Positions 28,231 through 38,605 are shown, counted from the first letter of the stretch. The stretch is DNA of 64,000 nt from Kofleriaceae bacterium (GCA_965215005.1 CBDCCZ010000027.1:1-64000); one strand, 5' to 3'. Notes: a model not told the origin generated them from the sequence alone. Translations and numbers: made by a program.

Positions 28231-29667
28231 GTGCTAAGAGGGCAGGCCGTGGCTGCCGACCGTCCCCTGCTCGTGCCCCTGGAGCGACTGCGCCGCTCCG
28301 ACGCCGCCGCCGCGCCAACCGCTGCCGCGCCAACCGCTCATAGCCGAGTCTACGTCGAGACGTACGGCTGCCAGATGAACGTGGCCGATTCCGACTTGCT
28401 GGTCAGCATTCTCGCGGCGCAGGGATATCGCCGGGTCGAGCGCGCCGACGACGCCGATGTGATCCTGCTAAACACCTGCGCGGTTCGAGAGAAGGCCGAG
28501 GAGCGGGTGTTTGCGCGTGCTCAAGAGCTCGGCGCGCTCAAGAAGAAGCGCCGCGAGGTGGTATTGGCCGTCGCGGGATGCATGGCCGAGCATTTGAAGG
28601 GCGCGATTCGTGAGCGCGTACCCGCGGTAGATATCATCGCCGGCCCCGATAGCTACCGGCGCATCGCCTCGCTCATCGCAACTGCCAAGCTCGGCAGCGC
28701 GCCCGAGGCGGTGATCGACGTGCGACTCGACAAGCGCGAGACCTACGAAGGCCTCAGCGGCGCCGAAGGTGGCGACGGCGTGTCTGGGTTCGTGACGATT
28801 CAGCGCGGCTGCGACAAATTTTGCAGCTTCTGCGTGGTGCCGTTTACCCGCGGCCGTGAGCGTGGCACCGCTCCCCGCGAGGTGTTGCGGCAGGTGCGTG
28901 CGTTTGCCGAGGCGGGCTACAAAGAGGTCGTCCTGCTCGGCCAAACCGTCAATTCCTATCGCTATGACGATGTCGACTTCGCCGCCCTGCTGCGGGCGGT
29001 AACGCGCGTCGATGGGATCGAGCGGGTCCGCTTCACCTCGCCCTACCCCATTGACTTCACCTCGGCCGTCATCGACGCCATTGCCGAGGAACCCAAGATC
29101 TGCGGCTATGTCCATCTGCCGGTGCAGTCGGGTTCTGATGCAGTCCTGGCGCGGATGCGTCGCGGCTACACCAGGGCTGATTTTTTGGCTATCGTGAGCG
29201 AGCTACGATCAAAAATTCCGGCCATCGCGCTGTCTACCGACATTCTCAGCGGATTTAGTGGCGAGACCGAAGCCTGCCATCAGCAGACTCTGTCGCTGAT
29301 GGAAGACGTCCGCTTCGACAGCGCCTTCATGTTCATGTACTCCGAGCGTGAGCTCACGGCGGCGGCCAAAAAGCTGCCCGACGACGTCCCGCTCAAGGTC
29401 AAGAAGCGTCGCTTGAGTGAGATCATTGCGCTGCAAGAGCAACACTCCCTGGCCGCTCATCAGGCGCAGGTGGGAGAGCGCGCGCGGGTGCTGGTTCATC
29501 GCCGTGCCAAGCGGCGCGCGGATCAGGTCATCGGCCGCACCGACGGCTTCAAAGCGGTCATCCTCGACGCGGCCTGCGGCAATCCCGGCGACTTCGTAGA
29601 GGTCGAGATCGAGCGAGCCACCATGGCCACGTTGTTCGGCAAAGCGTTCGCCGCCGGTCCTCATTGA
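28231..29667 (+). CDS. miaB: tRNA-2-methylthio-N6-dimethylallyladenosine synthase
   Basis: ETYGCQMNVADS, LNTCAVRE, GCDKFCSFCVVP radical SAM motif, TRAM domain; start may be GTG 28249. Confidence 0.94.
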   Translation: MLRGQAVAADRPLLVPLERLRRSDAAAAPTAAAPTAHSRVYVETYGCQMNVADSDLLVSILAAQGYRRVERADDADVILLNTCAVREKAEERVFARAQELGALKKKRREVVLAVAGCMAEHLKGAIRERVPAVDIIAGPDSYRRIASLIATAKLGSAPEAVIDVRLDKRETYEGLSGAEGGDGVSGFVTIQRGCDKFCSFCVVPFTRGRERGTAPREVLRQVRAFAEAGYKEVVLLGQTVNSYRYDDVDFAALLRAVTRVDGIERVRFTSPYPIDFTSAVIDAIAEEPKICGYVHLPVQSGSDAVLARMRRGYTRADFLAIVSELRSKIPAIALSTDILSGFSGETEACHQQTLSLMEDVRFDSAFMFMYSERELTAAAKKLPDDVPLKVKKRRLSEIIALQEQHSLAAHQAQVGERARVLVHRRAKRRADQVIGRTDGFKAVILDAACGNPGDFVEVEIERATMATLFGKAFAAGPH

Positions 29668-29705
29668 AATCGCGATAGCAGCGACGAAATCGCAATAGCA
29701 GCGAC
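29666..29705. repeat. 20-bp imperfect tandem duplication at the miaB stop
   Basis: GAAATCGCGATAGCAGCGAC / GAAATCGCAATAGCAGCGAC. Confidence 0.8.
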
Positions 29706-29789
29706 GGATTCCCACCGTCGCCAAACACGCAACCCAGCGAGCGGCGCAGCGCGACCTCGAGCAGCGTCAACCGCGGTGGGCGTTCACCC

Positions 29790-30158
29790 TCACCGCTTCA
29801 GACCGGGAATCACGGCCTCGATGGCCGTGGTGGTCTCGTTGTCGAGCCCGAGCCCGATCCGCAGGCGCTCCAAAAATGACCGCTCCTCGCGGGCGACGTC
29901 GAGATCCACGGCGGCCAGTCGCGCGGCCGCGCGGTAGACGCCGCGGCGTGCCTCTTCGCCAAGAGCGGCGACCTGCTCAGTCTCCAGCTCCACCGGGGTT
30001 TCGAGCCAGCTGAGCGCGGTTTGCCGATCGGGCTCCTCGAGGTCGGCGCTCTCGATCAAGCGGCGAATCGCGGCCGCCTCGGCATCGGCTATTTTGCCAT
30101 CCGCCCACGCCAACGCCGCCCAAACCTGGATGACCGACAAAAACTGCGACTCCGCCAT
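29790..30158 (-). CDS. TerB-like / DUF533 family protein
   Basis: ALAWADGKIADAE..VDLDVAREERSFLERLRIGLGL. Confidence 0.75.
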   Translation of the reverse strand: MAESQFLSVIQVWAALAWADGKIADAEAAAIRRLIESADLEEPDRQTALSWLETPVELETEQVAALGEEARRGVYRAAARLAAVDLDVAREERSFLERLRIGLGLDNETTTAIEAVIPGLKR

Positions 30159-30191
30159 ACACCCGAACCTACTCGATCCGAATTGCGCCGG

Positions 30192-30515
30192 CTACGCCAG
30201 CGATACCTCGATGCCAAGGTGCTCACGAATGAGACCAGCGAGCGTCTCGCGCAGCTCGACTCCGGTCTTCGAGTCGTGCCAGCCGTGGACGTCGGCGCGA
30301 TAATCGAAGTGCCACGCCGAGGCCACCGCCGCCATCCAGATCTGCCGTGCGGCGCGATGAGAATTGATGACTGCGCGCACGCCGGTGCGGAAGTTGAGAG
30401 TGAGCACGCCGTCGCTCGTTGACACCTCGAGTTCGTCGGGGTCGATCGCATCGAGGCCGTCCTCGAGGTGCGCGAGCTCGGCGCGGGCTAGTTCATCGAA
30501 TTTGGCCTCATTCAT
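30192..30515 (-). CDS. cyaY: Iron donor protein CyaY (frataxin)
   Basis: DGVLTL..VINSHRAARQIWMAA..WHF. Confidence 0.88.
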   Translation of the reverse strand: MNEAKFDELARAELAHLEDGLDAIDPDELEVSTSDGVLTLNFRTGVRAVINSHRAARQIWMAAVASAWHFDYRADVHGWHDSKTGVELRETLAGLIREHLGIEVSLA

Positions 30516-30584
30516 GCGGCTCTGTCATAACCCATCTACGGCGTCGGTCAAACTGCGCCGCTTTCGGTTACCATAGCTGCTGGC

Positions 30585-32072
30585 GTGTCGGATTCGAGCG
30601 ATGACGAGCAGCCCGCCGAGGGGGAGGACAAGCGGCGTGCCGCCAAGGAGACGCTGCTGCCGACGCTCACCTTGAGCGTGCTCGGCGGCGTCGCTCCAGA
30701 CGCGGAAGCAACCCCGCTGCCCGCGAGCCTCACTCCCATGCCCGCCGCGGCACTCATTGCCCCGGTTCAAGAAGATTCCACGACTTCAAAGCCACGCGGC
30801 GCTCGTCGCGGCGATGTCATCGGCGGCCGCTATGTCGTCGATGGCCAGATCGGCCGCGGCGGGATGGGACGGGTGTTGCGCGTGCGCCACCAGGTGCTCG
30901 GCAAGGCCTTCGCGTTAAAGCTCATCAAAGTCCCAATCGCCTCCAACCCGCGGATCCGTGAGATGTTTTATCGCGAGGCGCGGCTGGCGAGCGCGCTATC
31001 GCACGACAACATCTGCTCGATCGTCGACTTCGGGCAAGATCCCACCTTTGGCTTGTTCATGGTGATGGAGCTGCTCGAGGGCAAGACCATGCACCACAAG
31101 CTCCGCCAGGACGGCGGGCTTGCGCCCAAAGTCGCCTGCGACGTGATGTGGCAGATCGCCGAAGCCTGCCGCTACATCCACGGGCGCGCCATCATTCACG
31201 GCGACATCAAGAGCGAGAACATTCTGCTCACCCGAACGCCGGATCGCCGCCGGGTCGTCAAGCTGCTCGATTTCGGCCTCGCGCGCGCCGGCGTCCCAAC
31301 CGGCTCTGGCAAGCAGGTCGAGGGGACGCCCGAGTATCTCGCGCCGGAGCGTATCCGCGGCGCGCCGGCCTCGCCCGCCAGCGACATCTACGCCCTCGGC
31401 ATCGTCTTCTTCGAGCTGCTCACCGGCCGGCAGCCGTTCGCTGGCTCGGTCGAGGAAGTGTTCGCTGCGCATCTTCGCGCGCCCATGCCACGTCCAACGG
31501 CGCATCTCAAAGAGGCCATCGATGAACGCGTCGACGACATCGTCCTGCGCGCCACCGCCAAAGCACCCGACGATCGCCACCCCGATGTCGCCGGGTTCCT
31601 CTACGAGCTGCGCACGTTGATGAACATGCTCGGGATGGATTTGGGCCGCCGGCGAGCGAGCGGGGGCGGCACCACGAGCCGCAAGCGCGCGGCCACCGAC
31701 CATCGCGCGGTCGCCGCCGGTGAGGTGTTCGACAACGCGCCGGTTCCGCTGGCGTCGGTCGATGGCGACGGCAACGTTCGCGTCGCCAATCAGGCGTTTC
31801 TGGAGTTCCTCGGCGCCGCCGGCGGTGCGGTTGGCCTCAACCTCGGAGACAGCGGCCTGCTCGAGGTGTACCCGGCGCTGCTCGGCGACATCAAGTGCGC
31901 CGTCGCCGGCCGTACGACCATCAAGCGCGTCATCTACTTGCGCGAGGGCGGCGGACACCTCATCGAGGTCGCGGTGGTGATGACGCCTGCGCCAGGCGAG
32001 AGCTTGGTGACCGCCGGCGAGATTCACCTGGCGCTGCATCCTCTAGGGCGCGTGTCCACGCGCCCGGGATGA
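30585..32072 (+). CDS. Ser/Thr protein kinase with C-terminal PAS-like domain
   Basis: [64 protein letters not shown] start. Confidence 0.9.
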   Translation: MSDSSDDEQPAEGEDKRRAAKETLLPTLTLSVLGGVAPDAEATPLPASLTPMPAAALIAPVQEDSTTSKPRGARRGDVIGGRYVVDGQIGRGGMGRVLRVRHQVLGKAFALKLIKVPIASNPRIREMFYREARLASALSHDNICSIVDFGQDPTFGLFMVMELLEGKTMHHKLRQDGGLAPKVACDVMWQIAEACRYIHGRAIIHGDIKSENILLTRTPDRRRVVKLLDFGLARAGVPTGSGKQVEGTPEYLAPERIRGAPASPASDIYALGIVFFELLTGRQPFAGSVEEVFAAHLRAPMPRPTAHLKEAIDERVDDIVLRATAKAPDDRHPDVAGFLYELRTLMNMLGMDLGRRRASGGGTTSRKRAATDHRAVAAGEVFDNAPVPLASVDGDGNVRVANQAFLEFLGAAGGAVGLNLGDSGLLEVYPALLGDIKCAVAGRTTIKRVIYLREGGGHLIEVAVVMTPAPGESLVTAGEIHLALHPLGRVSTRPG

Positions 32073-32082
32073 GCCACGTACG

Positions 32083-33507
32083 TCAGAACGCGAACATCAA
32101 TCCGAGGTTAGCGTCCATCTGCACCCCCAGATTTGGCCGAACACAGCCACTCCCCGGGCACGTGCCGAGCTCGTCGATCACCGGCACTCCCGCAAGCGCG
32201 TTGAGCTCCGCGATGAATCGAATCGGTCCCCCGAGGCTGGCGATGTAGCCAACGCCCGCGCCCAGGATCAGAGGGCCGCTCGCGACCGTGTCGGTGTCCA
32301 TTTGCTCGCTCACGGGTTCTTTGAGCTTGACGGTGTGACGGATGATGCCGCCCCCAATCGCCCCCGACAGCGCCAGCCCGGTGCCGGTTTCCCGCGTGGT
32401 ATAGCGCATACGCACGACGCCGGAGGGCGCAGCAGTGGCGTGTCCCATCAAGTTGGCGCCAATGGGAAAGCCCATGCGCAGCGCCAAAGACACACTCAGC
32501 TTGGACGACACGTAATAGCCAATCTCGGGAAACACGTGAAGCAGCGCCGGGGCAAAGCAGCACTCGACGCCACTGTTCTCCTGCTCGGTCTCCCCCGTTA
32601 CATAACCGCCGCCGCTGCCGACGGCGACACTGAAGAAGAAGGTCGCTCGACTCGCTCCGGTCGCGGCCGTCGCGTCGATACTGCCCGCCGTGTCGCCATC
32701 GCCGAGCGGATTCTCGTCGTCTGCGAGCGTTCCGCCCGCGCCAGCCGCTGCAACTTCGATGATGTTGGGTGCGCCGTCGCTGCCGCGGTTGGCGACGACT
32801 TCGTCCCCGCGATAGGCCGCGACGTAGTAGTGCACGAAGTCGCCCGCCACTGCCTCACCGGGAACCGTACCGACGTACTTGCACTCGCCGGATTTCTTCA
32901 TGACGACCTCGGTGAAGTCGGCTGCGCCCTGCGGGCGATAGTGGAGCGCGATCTTGTCGGCGTCGAGATCACTTGCGGCGTAGAGCACGACTTCACGCTC
33001 TGCGCCCAACGCTGCGGTATCGACCAACGTGTGCTCGAGCCCGCTGACCCCTCCGCAGTCGATCACCGGCTGCGCTTGGCCCGCTTCGCCGCCAGCAACA
33101 GAAGCGCGGGCTTCTTCGAGCGCCGCTTCCATCTCGCCGGTCTTGTAAGCCGCATCGATTTGAACGGCGGGATCGATCTCCACAGCGCTCGAAAAGTTGA
33201 GCGCGGCGCTCTCCCGATCCTGCAGCCCGGCAAAGTAGACGATGCCCAGACGAAGATAGACCTGCGCCGTGATGGGATCCTTTTCGAGATCTGCTCGCTT
33301 GGCGACCGCCAGGGCCAAATTCAGGTGCTTGCGCGCCTCCTCATATTCGAGAAGATCGTAGTACTCCATGGCCTCGGCGAGCTTCTGCGCGATCTTCTTC
33401 TTGCCGGCGTTTTGCGCATGCGCCACGCGGGCGCCTCCGCTAAGGCTCGCGACCAACGCGATCAGAGCGATCACGGCCACCCCCGGCTTGCAGCGTTCGA
33501 CTAGCAT
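32083..33507 (-). CDS. Secreted TPR protein with C-terminal outer-membrane beta-barrel-like region
   Basis: Signal peptide (..VAHAQ), TPR helices, amphipathic beta strands, terminal Phe (LGLMFAF*). Confidence 0.7.
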   Translation of the reverse strand: MLVERCKPGVAVIALIALVASLSGGARVAHAQNAGKKKIAQKLAEAMEYYDLLEYEEARKHLNLALAVAKRADLEKDPITAQVYLRLGIVYFAGLQDRESAALNFSSAVEIDPAVQIDAAYKTGEMEAALEEARASVAGGEAGQAQPVIDCGGVSGLEHTLVDTAALGAEREVVLYAASDLDADKIALHYRPQGAADFTEVVMKKSGECKYVGTVPGEAVAGDFVHYYVAAYRGDEVVANRGSDGAPNIIEVAAAGAGGTLADDENPLGDGDTAGSIDATAATGASRATFFFSVAVGSGGGYVTGETEQENSGVECCFAPALLHVFPEIGYYVSSKLSVSLALRMGFPIGANLMGHATAAPSGVVRMRYTTRETGTGLALSGAIGGGIIRHTVKLKEPVSEQMDTDTVASGPLILGAGVGYIASLGGPIRFIAELNALAGVPVIDELGTCPGSGCVRPNLGVQMDANLGLMFAF

Positions 33508-33649
33508 CCCGGTCTCCATATCATTATTGGCTGGCTTCGAGCCTTGTCTGATTCTGTCAGCGCCACCGGGCCAAGCCCCGAGCCGCGCCCCCACTCCCGG
33601 TTCGTAGCAAGATCGACAGTGTTGGATCAAGCTTCGTGCAGGAGCGGGT

Positions 33650-34195
33650 TCACCGCGCGCGAACGCGACGCGCGTCTCGCGATAACTCGATCATCACGTA
33701 CGCCGCTGCGCCAGCCATCCCGAGCGCCAGCGCGATGAGCGCGTAGCCGAGCTCCACTTGCATCAGGCCCAGCGTGTTGTCGGCTTGCCAATCGGCAAAG
33801 CTGCCGTCGCGCCTGAGCCGGCGCTGAAAGATCGCGATGCCGAGAAGGAACGCCACGCCGGTTCCCGCGGTGGCGTAGGCCAAGAACTTGAGGTTGCCGG
33901 CCTGCAGAAACCGCGCCCCGAGGTACCAAGCGGCGATGACAGCGCCCGCGTGGGCAGCGGCGATGGGAACCACGGCCAGTGCGGGAACCGCGGCCGGATC
34001 GAGCAGGTACAGCCAACTCCAGGCCGCATGAGCTCCGTACAGGTAGAGCGTCAGCGGCAGCACGATGAGGCCGGTGAACATCACCACCAACAAGAACGCG
34101 GGTGTTACGAAGGGTCCATCGGCCCGGAGGCGATCTCGCGCGGCCAGCGCGAAAGCAAAGCCCAGACAGGCGTGGAGCAGCGGGTCGAGGAGAAT
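33650..34195 (-). CDS. Hypothetical multi-pass membrane protein (start uncertain: ATT 34195 or GTG 34252)
   Basis: About 5 hydrophobic segments; co-oriented with the GT4 and TPR genes. Confidence 0.7.
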   Translation of the reverse strand: MLLDPLLHACLGFAFALAARDRLRADGPFVTPAFLLVVMFTGLIVLPLTLYLYGAHAAWSWLYLLDPAAVPALAVVPIAAAHAGAVIAAWYLGARFLQAGNLKFLAYATAGTGVAFLLGIAIFQRRLRRDGSFADWQADNTLGLMQVELGYALIALALGMAGAAAYVMIELSRDARRVRAR

Positions 34196-34232
34196 CGGCG
34201 CCTCCTGCGTCAGTCTCTGGGCACAGAGCCTA

Positions 34233-35891
34233 TCACGATTCGTCGTCCCCACGACTGCCGCCGCGCGAACCTCGGGGTTGCTCTTCGTAGCTTCCGAGCA
34301 GGACGCTCACCGCGGTGAACGCCACCTCATCGGGGTCGCGAACCTCGACGGGACGCACCTCGAGCTCGCCGGCCACGAAACGATTTTCCAGCGGCGCTCG
34401 CGCTTCGATCGGTGGCGTCGTCTGCGTGATGGCGGCCACGTCGACGGGCGTACCGTCGTCGTCAGGAGATGAGCGGCCACCTCGCGTGTCTCCGTTCACC
34501 ACCCAGTGCTCCGGTGGATCCGTGGGCGTGGGCGTGGGCGTGGGCGTGGGGCCGGTCCACGGCGTCTGACTGGGCGCGCGCAAGCCCGGCACGGCGTCGA
34601 CGTTGGTCGTGTCGGTGCTCGGGCGAAGCACGGTCGCGGAGATCGGCGCCAGCATCGGGTGCGATTCGGTACTACCGATCCAGTCATCGCTGACCATGCT
34701 GAACTCATCGACTGATTCGTCCGCCACCGCGCGTGCGAATCGCTCGCGCCACGGCGACTGCACCGCAAGCCCGCGATACGCGCGCCGAATGCAGCGCCGG
34801 GTGGCGCTCGCGGTGTGGCTCTGTCGAACTCGTTCGTATCCGGCAGCCGCCAGCGCCTCGCGCAGGCTCGGTTCATTGAGCAATCGCGCCAGCGCTCGTG
34901 CGAGCTCACTGGCGTCGTCGGGCGCAAACAAGAGCGCGTGCACGCCGTGCTGAAAAAACGTGGTCACCGCCTGACGACGCGGCGCTGCCACCGCTCGACG
35001 ACACGCCATGTACTCGAGGATTTTGGTTGGAAGCAACGTCGTTGGCGGCGCATCCAGACCAGCCGCGGCGGGCGCCACGCAGACACTGGCGCGCGCGATG
35101 AGCCCCGCCACCTGCGCGTGCTCCACTGCGCCGTCCACGGCGACCGCTTCAACGAGCTCTAGCGTCGCGATCAGGCGTTCGAGCTCGGGCGCCAGTTGCG
35201 ATGATACCGAGCCGACCAGCCGGAGCCGACACGGCAGTACCTGCCGCAGCTCGGCGACCGCGTGCAGGAGCAGACCGATACCGCTTTCGGGCTCCAGAGC
35301 GCCCGCGTAGAGGATCTCAGGGACTTCGGTAGCCGGCGCGTCATCCCAATCGAATGCATCGACATCCACCCCAGGCGGCGCTAGAAACACCCGCTCGGCT
35401 CGGGCGCGCGTGGCCACCCAGCGTCGTGCCGCTTCGGTCCCGACCAGCACCAGATCGGCCGCCGCAAGACACTGCTCGTCCGCGCTAGCCAGCTCTTCAG
35501 CGAGAGCGTCGTCGGCTCCTGTCGGCTCGCTACGCGCCGCGCGCGCCGCGTCAAACACCATCGCGTAGCGCAGCTGCTCGCGCAACGCCAGCACCACGGT
35601 GCCGGCCCAACCATCACGCGCGTGGACGATATCGTAGTCGGCCCCTTCGAGCTGGCGCTTCACGGCGCGGCGGAACGCTTCGATGCGAGCACGCTCGTCG
35701 ACCTCGGTGATCGGAACTCGCAGCACGCGCGCGCCATCGAGCCGCTCGACATAGGCCTGCTCATCGCTACGAACGACGAGCACATCGACGGTGTGATGCG
35801 CGACCAAGGCGCGAACCACATGACCGAGCTGCACCCCCGCGCGATGCGGGCCTGGCAAGGAACAGTAGCCAGCTATGAGCACTCTGGGCAA
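34233..35891 (-). CDS. Glycosyltransferase family 4 with long low-complexity C-terminal tail
   Basis: PPGVD..F, ILYAGAL, PTKILEYMACRRAV, LLFAPDD. Confidence 0.85.
   Translation of the reverse strand: MPRVLIAGYCSLPGPHRAGVQLGHVVRALVAHHTVDVLVVRSDEQAYVERLDGARVLRVPITEVDERARIEAFRRAVKRQLEGADYDIVHARDGWAGTVVLALREQLRYAMVFDAARAARSEPTGADDALAEELASADEQCLAAADLVLVGTEAARRWVATRARAERVFLAPPGVDVDAFDWDDAPATEVPEILYAGALEPESGIGLLLHAVAELRQVLPCRLRLVGSVSSQLAPELERLIATLELVEAVAVDGAVEHAQVAGLIARASVCVAPAAAGLDAPPTTLLPTKILEYMACRRAVAAPRRQAVTTFFQHGVHALLFAPDDASELARALARLLNEPSLREALAAAGYERVRQSHTASATRRCIRRAYRGLAVQSPWRERFARAVADESVDEFSMVSDDWIGSTESHPMLAPISATVLRPSTDTTNVDAVPGLRAPSQTPWTGPTPTPTPTPTDPPEHWVVNGDTRGGRSSPDDDGTPVDVAAITQTTPPIEARAPLENRFVAGELEVRPVEVRDPDEVAFTAVSVLLGSYEEQPRGSRGGSRGDDES
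34521..34550. repeat. (CGTGGG)x5 hexanucleotide repeat encoding a Pro-Thr run
   Basis: Five perfect units read directly. Confidence 0.9.
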
Positions 35892-36009
35892 CGCAACCAG
35901 ACTCCGGAAAGCGGCGCGGTTTCTTGAATCGAAACCGTTCTTACGATACTACCGCGCCACGGTAGATTGCTCCAATCCGTATCACGGAGGCAGCTACCGG
36001 GAGGGCACC

Positions 36010-36264
36010 ATGAACCAGCTGATTGCGTATCTCCGCGACAACGTAATGCTCGATTTCCAGGGCGACCTGAACGTCGAGACAGTCCGAGAGTTTCTCAAGG
36101 ACGACGACAGCCGAGACGCGCGTACCATGCTGGCCAAGTTGGTCTCAGACGGCGGCGTCGAAGACATGATGCTGGTGCTTGCAGACTGCTTGGTGGAGAC
36201 GGTCAAGCGCGCTCTGACCGACGACCTGGTTCGCGAGCAGCTGCGACTGTACGCTGAGTCGTAG
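36010..36264 (+). CDS. Small acidic hypothetical protein
   Basis: 84 aa, RBS GGAGGG, coding-like codon use. Confidence 0.7.
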   Translation: MNQLIAYLRDNVMLDFQGDLNVETVREFLKDDDSRDARTMLAKLVSDGGVEDMMLVLADCLVETVKRALTDDLVREQLRLYAES

Positions 36265-36303
36265 ACCCGAGCGCTCTCGACAACCAGCGCAGGCAACGAT
36301 TAC

Positions 36304-37230
36304 TCATCCCCCACCACCGGCGAGATATTCGAGGAGCCCGGCAGCAGTTCGAGCGACCCGTTCGAGCTGCGCCGGTACCAATCGATCGATGGTGTCGCTG
36401 GGCTGGTGATAGTCGTCGTGCATGCCGGTCGAGAAGTGAATGGCCAGGATTCCGTTGCGACGAAACCACCAATCATCGGTGCGAAAGTCGGAGCCAAAGA
36501 CCTCGAGAAACCGCGCCGGCGTCTCGATGAGCGCCAGACCTGCCGCCGCCGCCGCCGCGTGAGTTGCCGCACGCGCGCCCGCATCGTCCTCGAGCCCGAT
36601 CACCGCCGCCGCCGCTTCGCGACCCGATATCGCCTCGAAGAAGTTGCGCCCGACCATGTCGAAGTTCACCACCGCGCGGGTGTCTTCGAGCGGCCACGCC
36701 GGGCTCTCGAGATAGGCCCTGGAGCCGATTAGACCCGGCTCCTCGGCACCGAACGCGATGAACAGAATGGTGTCGCGATAGCGGCGGCCAGCGGCGTAGC
36801 GCGCCAGAGCGAGCAGCACCGCCGCGCCCGAGGCGTTGTCGTCGGCACCGGGATAGAGGACGCCCGCCTCGCTCACACCGAGATGGTCGTAATGGGCACT
36901 AACCACGATTGCCGAGCGGCCACCGCGCAAGATGCCGATGACGTTGTCGACCTCACCCTCGACCCGTTGTCGCACCACCGTCAAGCCGGCGGCCTCGAGC
37001 TGTTGCGCCATGTAGTCAGCAGCAACCACACCGCCGGGCTGAAACGAGCCGCGACCCGCGCGCACCGGATCCACCAGCCATGCAACGTCGGCCATGATGG
37101 CTGCGGCCGCTAGCGGATCGCGCGCGGTGGACAGCCGAGCGTGCGGCGAGGGGGCCGCGGGGCGAGGCGCCGAAGGCGCACAACCAGCCATCGCTACGAG
37201 CAATGCGACGAGCCGCGCCACTTGCTCCAT
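36304..37230 (-). CDS. M28 family metallopeptidase, probable lipoprotein
   Basis: VVSAHYDHLG, GADDNASG, FGAEEPGLIGS, NFDMVG, YHQPSD; LVAMAGC lipobox. Confidence 0.9.
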   Translation of the reverse strand: MEQVARLVALLVAMAGCAPSAPRPAAPSPHARLSTARDPLAAAAIMADVAWLVDPVRAGRGSFQPGGVVAADYMAQQLEAAGLTVVRQRVEGEVDNVIGILRGGRSAIVVSAHYDHLGVSEAGVLYPGADDNASGAAVLLALARYAAGRRYRDTILFIAFGAEEPGLIGSRAYLESPAWPLEDTRAVVNFDMVGRNFFEAISGREAAAAVIGLEDDAGARAATHAAAAAAGLALIETPARFLEVFGSDFRTDDWWFRRNGILAIHFSTGMHDDYHQPSDTIDRLVPAQLERVARTAAGLLEYLAGGGG

Positions 37231-37283
37231 GGTAGCTCGGCGCAGCCACCGGCGTGCTACCCTTGCCGCACCAGGAGGCAACC

Positions 37284-37553
37284 ATGGCTGCAGGAAACAA
37301 GCTCCCCGTCTACGGCACGCTCGGGTGCATCCTCACCGGCCTCGTCATCGCCGCGCTGGCTGGCTTTGGTGGCGGTTCGCTCCTCGGCGGTGTGGTCGCG
37401 GGTCTGGGCATCTTGCCGGCGATGTGGGGCATGTGGACGGGCATGCAGGAGAAGACGCAGACCACCTTGGCAACCTCGGTGGTGCTGTTCTTCGCCTCGT
37501 TGGCGGTGGCCGGGCTTCTCATCTTGCTCCGCTTCGTCGACTGGCTACGCTAG
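37284..37553 (+). CDS. Small membrane protein
   Basis: Three hydrophobic segments; RBS AGGAGG. Confidence 0.65.
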   Translation: MAAGNKLPVYGTLGCILTGLVIAALAGFGGGSLLGGVVAGLGILPAMWGMWTGMQEKTQTTLATSVVLFFASLAVAGLLILLRFVDWLR

Positions 37554-37559
37554 GCGCCT

Positions 37560-38597
37560 ATGGGTCGCGTTGCCGTTGCGTTTCTACTGAGCGTCTGCGC
37601 CATCGGGTTGGCTCCGCTGGCGGTTGCGGCTCCCGTGGCCGACAAGAAGGTGCTTCGCTCCGACACCGCGATGGGCACCCGCATCACGCTCACGCTGTGG
37701 ACTGACGACGAAGCGCGCGCCGCTGAAGCCGCCAAGCTGGTTTTTGACGAGTTTCGCCGCATCGATCGGCTGATGACCACGTGGCTCGATGATAGCGACG
37801 TCTCACGCATTAATGATGCGGCTGGAAAATCGGCCGTCCGCGTCGATCCTGAGGTCATTGCGGTGCTCAGCAAGGCCCAGCAGGTCGCACGCGCCAGCCG
37901 CGGCGCCTTCGACGTCACCGTGGGCGCGTTCTCGGGGCTCTGGAAGTTCGATGAAGACCTCGATGGCTCGATTCCCGCGGCCGCCGACGTAACGGCGCGG
38001 CTCGCGTCGGTCGATTACCGCAAGCTGCGCATCAACCCCAAGGCGCGCACCGCGAGGTTGCTCCGGCCCGGGATGCGCATCACCCTCGGCGGCATCGCCA
38101 AGGGCTATGCCTTGGACCGCGCCGTCGCCCTCCTTTATCAGCACGACCTCGTTGACTTCATCCTGCAAGCCGGTGGCGACCTCTTCGTCTCCGGCAAGAA
38201 GGGCGCGCAACCATGGGTGGTGGGGATTCGCGATCCGCGCGGCGACCGCAGCGCGGTGTTCGCGGTTGCCGAGGTCGAAAATCGCACGTTCTCGACCTCA
38301 GGAGACTACGAGCGTTCGGTGATCAAAGACGGCAAGCGCTATCACCACATCCTCGACCCCAAAACTGGCAATCCGGTGACCGGCACGCGCTCGGTCACGG
38401 TGATGGCCAAGGATGCCTTCACCGCCGATGCCTGGTCGACCGCGCTGTTCGTGCTTGGAGTCGACGAGGGCATGAAGCTCGTCGAGAAGCTGGCGGAGCT
38501 CGATGCCGTGTTCGTCGACGCTGACAATCGCGTGCACGTCTCATCGGGGCTACGCGATCGCGTTCGCGTCTTGCATCCCCCGACCGATGGCCCCTGA
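37560..38597 (+). CDS. apbE: FAD:protein FMN transferase
   Basis: AMGT, SDVSRIN, GAFDVTVG, LGGIAKGY, STSGDYER, YHHILDPKTG. Confidence 0.93.
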   Translation: MGRVAVAFLLSVCAIGLAPLAVAAPVADKKVLRSDTAMGTRITLTLWTDDEARAAEAAKLVFDEFRRIDRLMTTWLDDSDVSRINDAAGKSAVRVDPEVIAVLSKAQQVARASRGAFDVTVGAFSGLWKFDEDLDGSIPAAADVTARLASVDYRKLRINPKARTARLLRPGMRITLGGIAKGYALDRAVALLYQHDLVDFILQAGGDLFVSGKKGAQPWVVGIRDPRGDRSAVFAVAEVENRTFSTSGDYERSVIKDGKRYHHILDPKTGNPVTGTRSVTVMAKDAFTADAWSTALFVLGVDEGMKLVEKLAELDAVFVDADNRVHVSSGLRDRVRVLHPPTDGP

Positions 38598-38605
38598 GCT
38601 CGAGC

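Noticed and set aside
29666..29705. Short repeats as a CRISPR array
   Set aside because: Only two adjacent units, no spacers and no cas genes; no CRISPR array was seen anywhere in the window.
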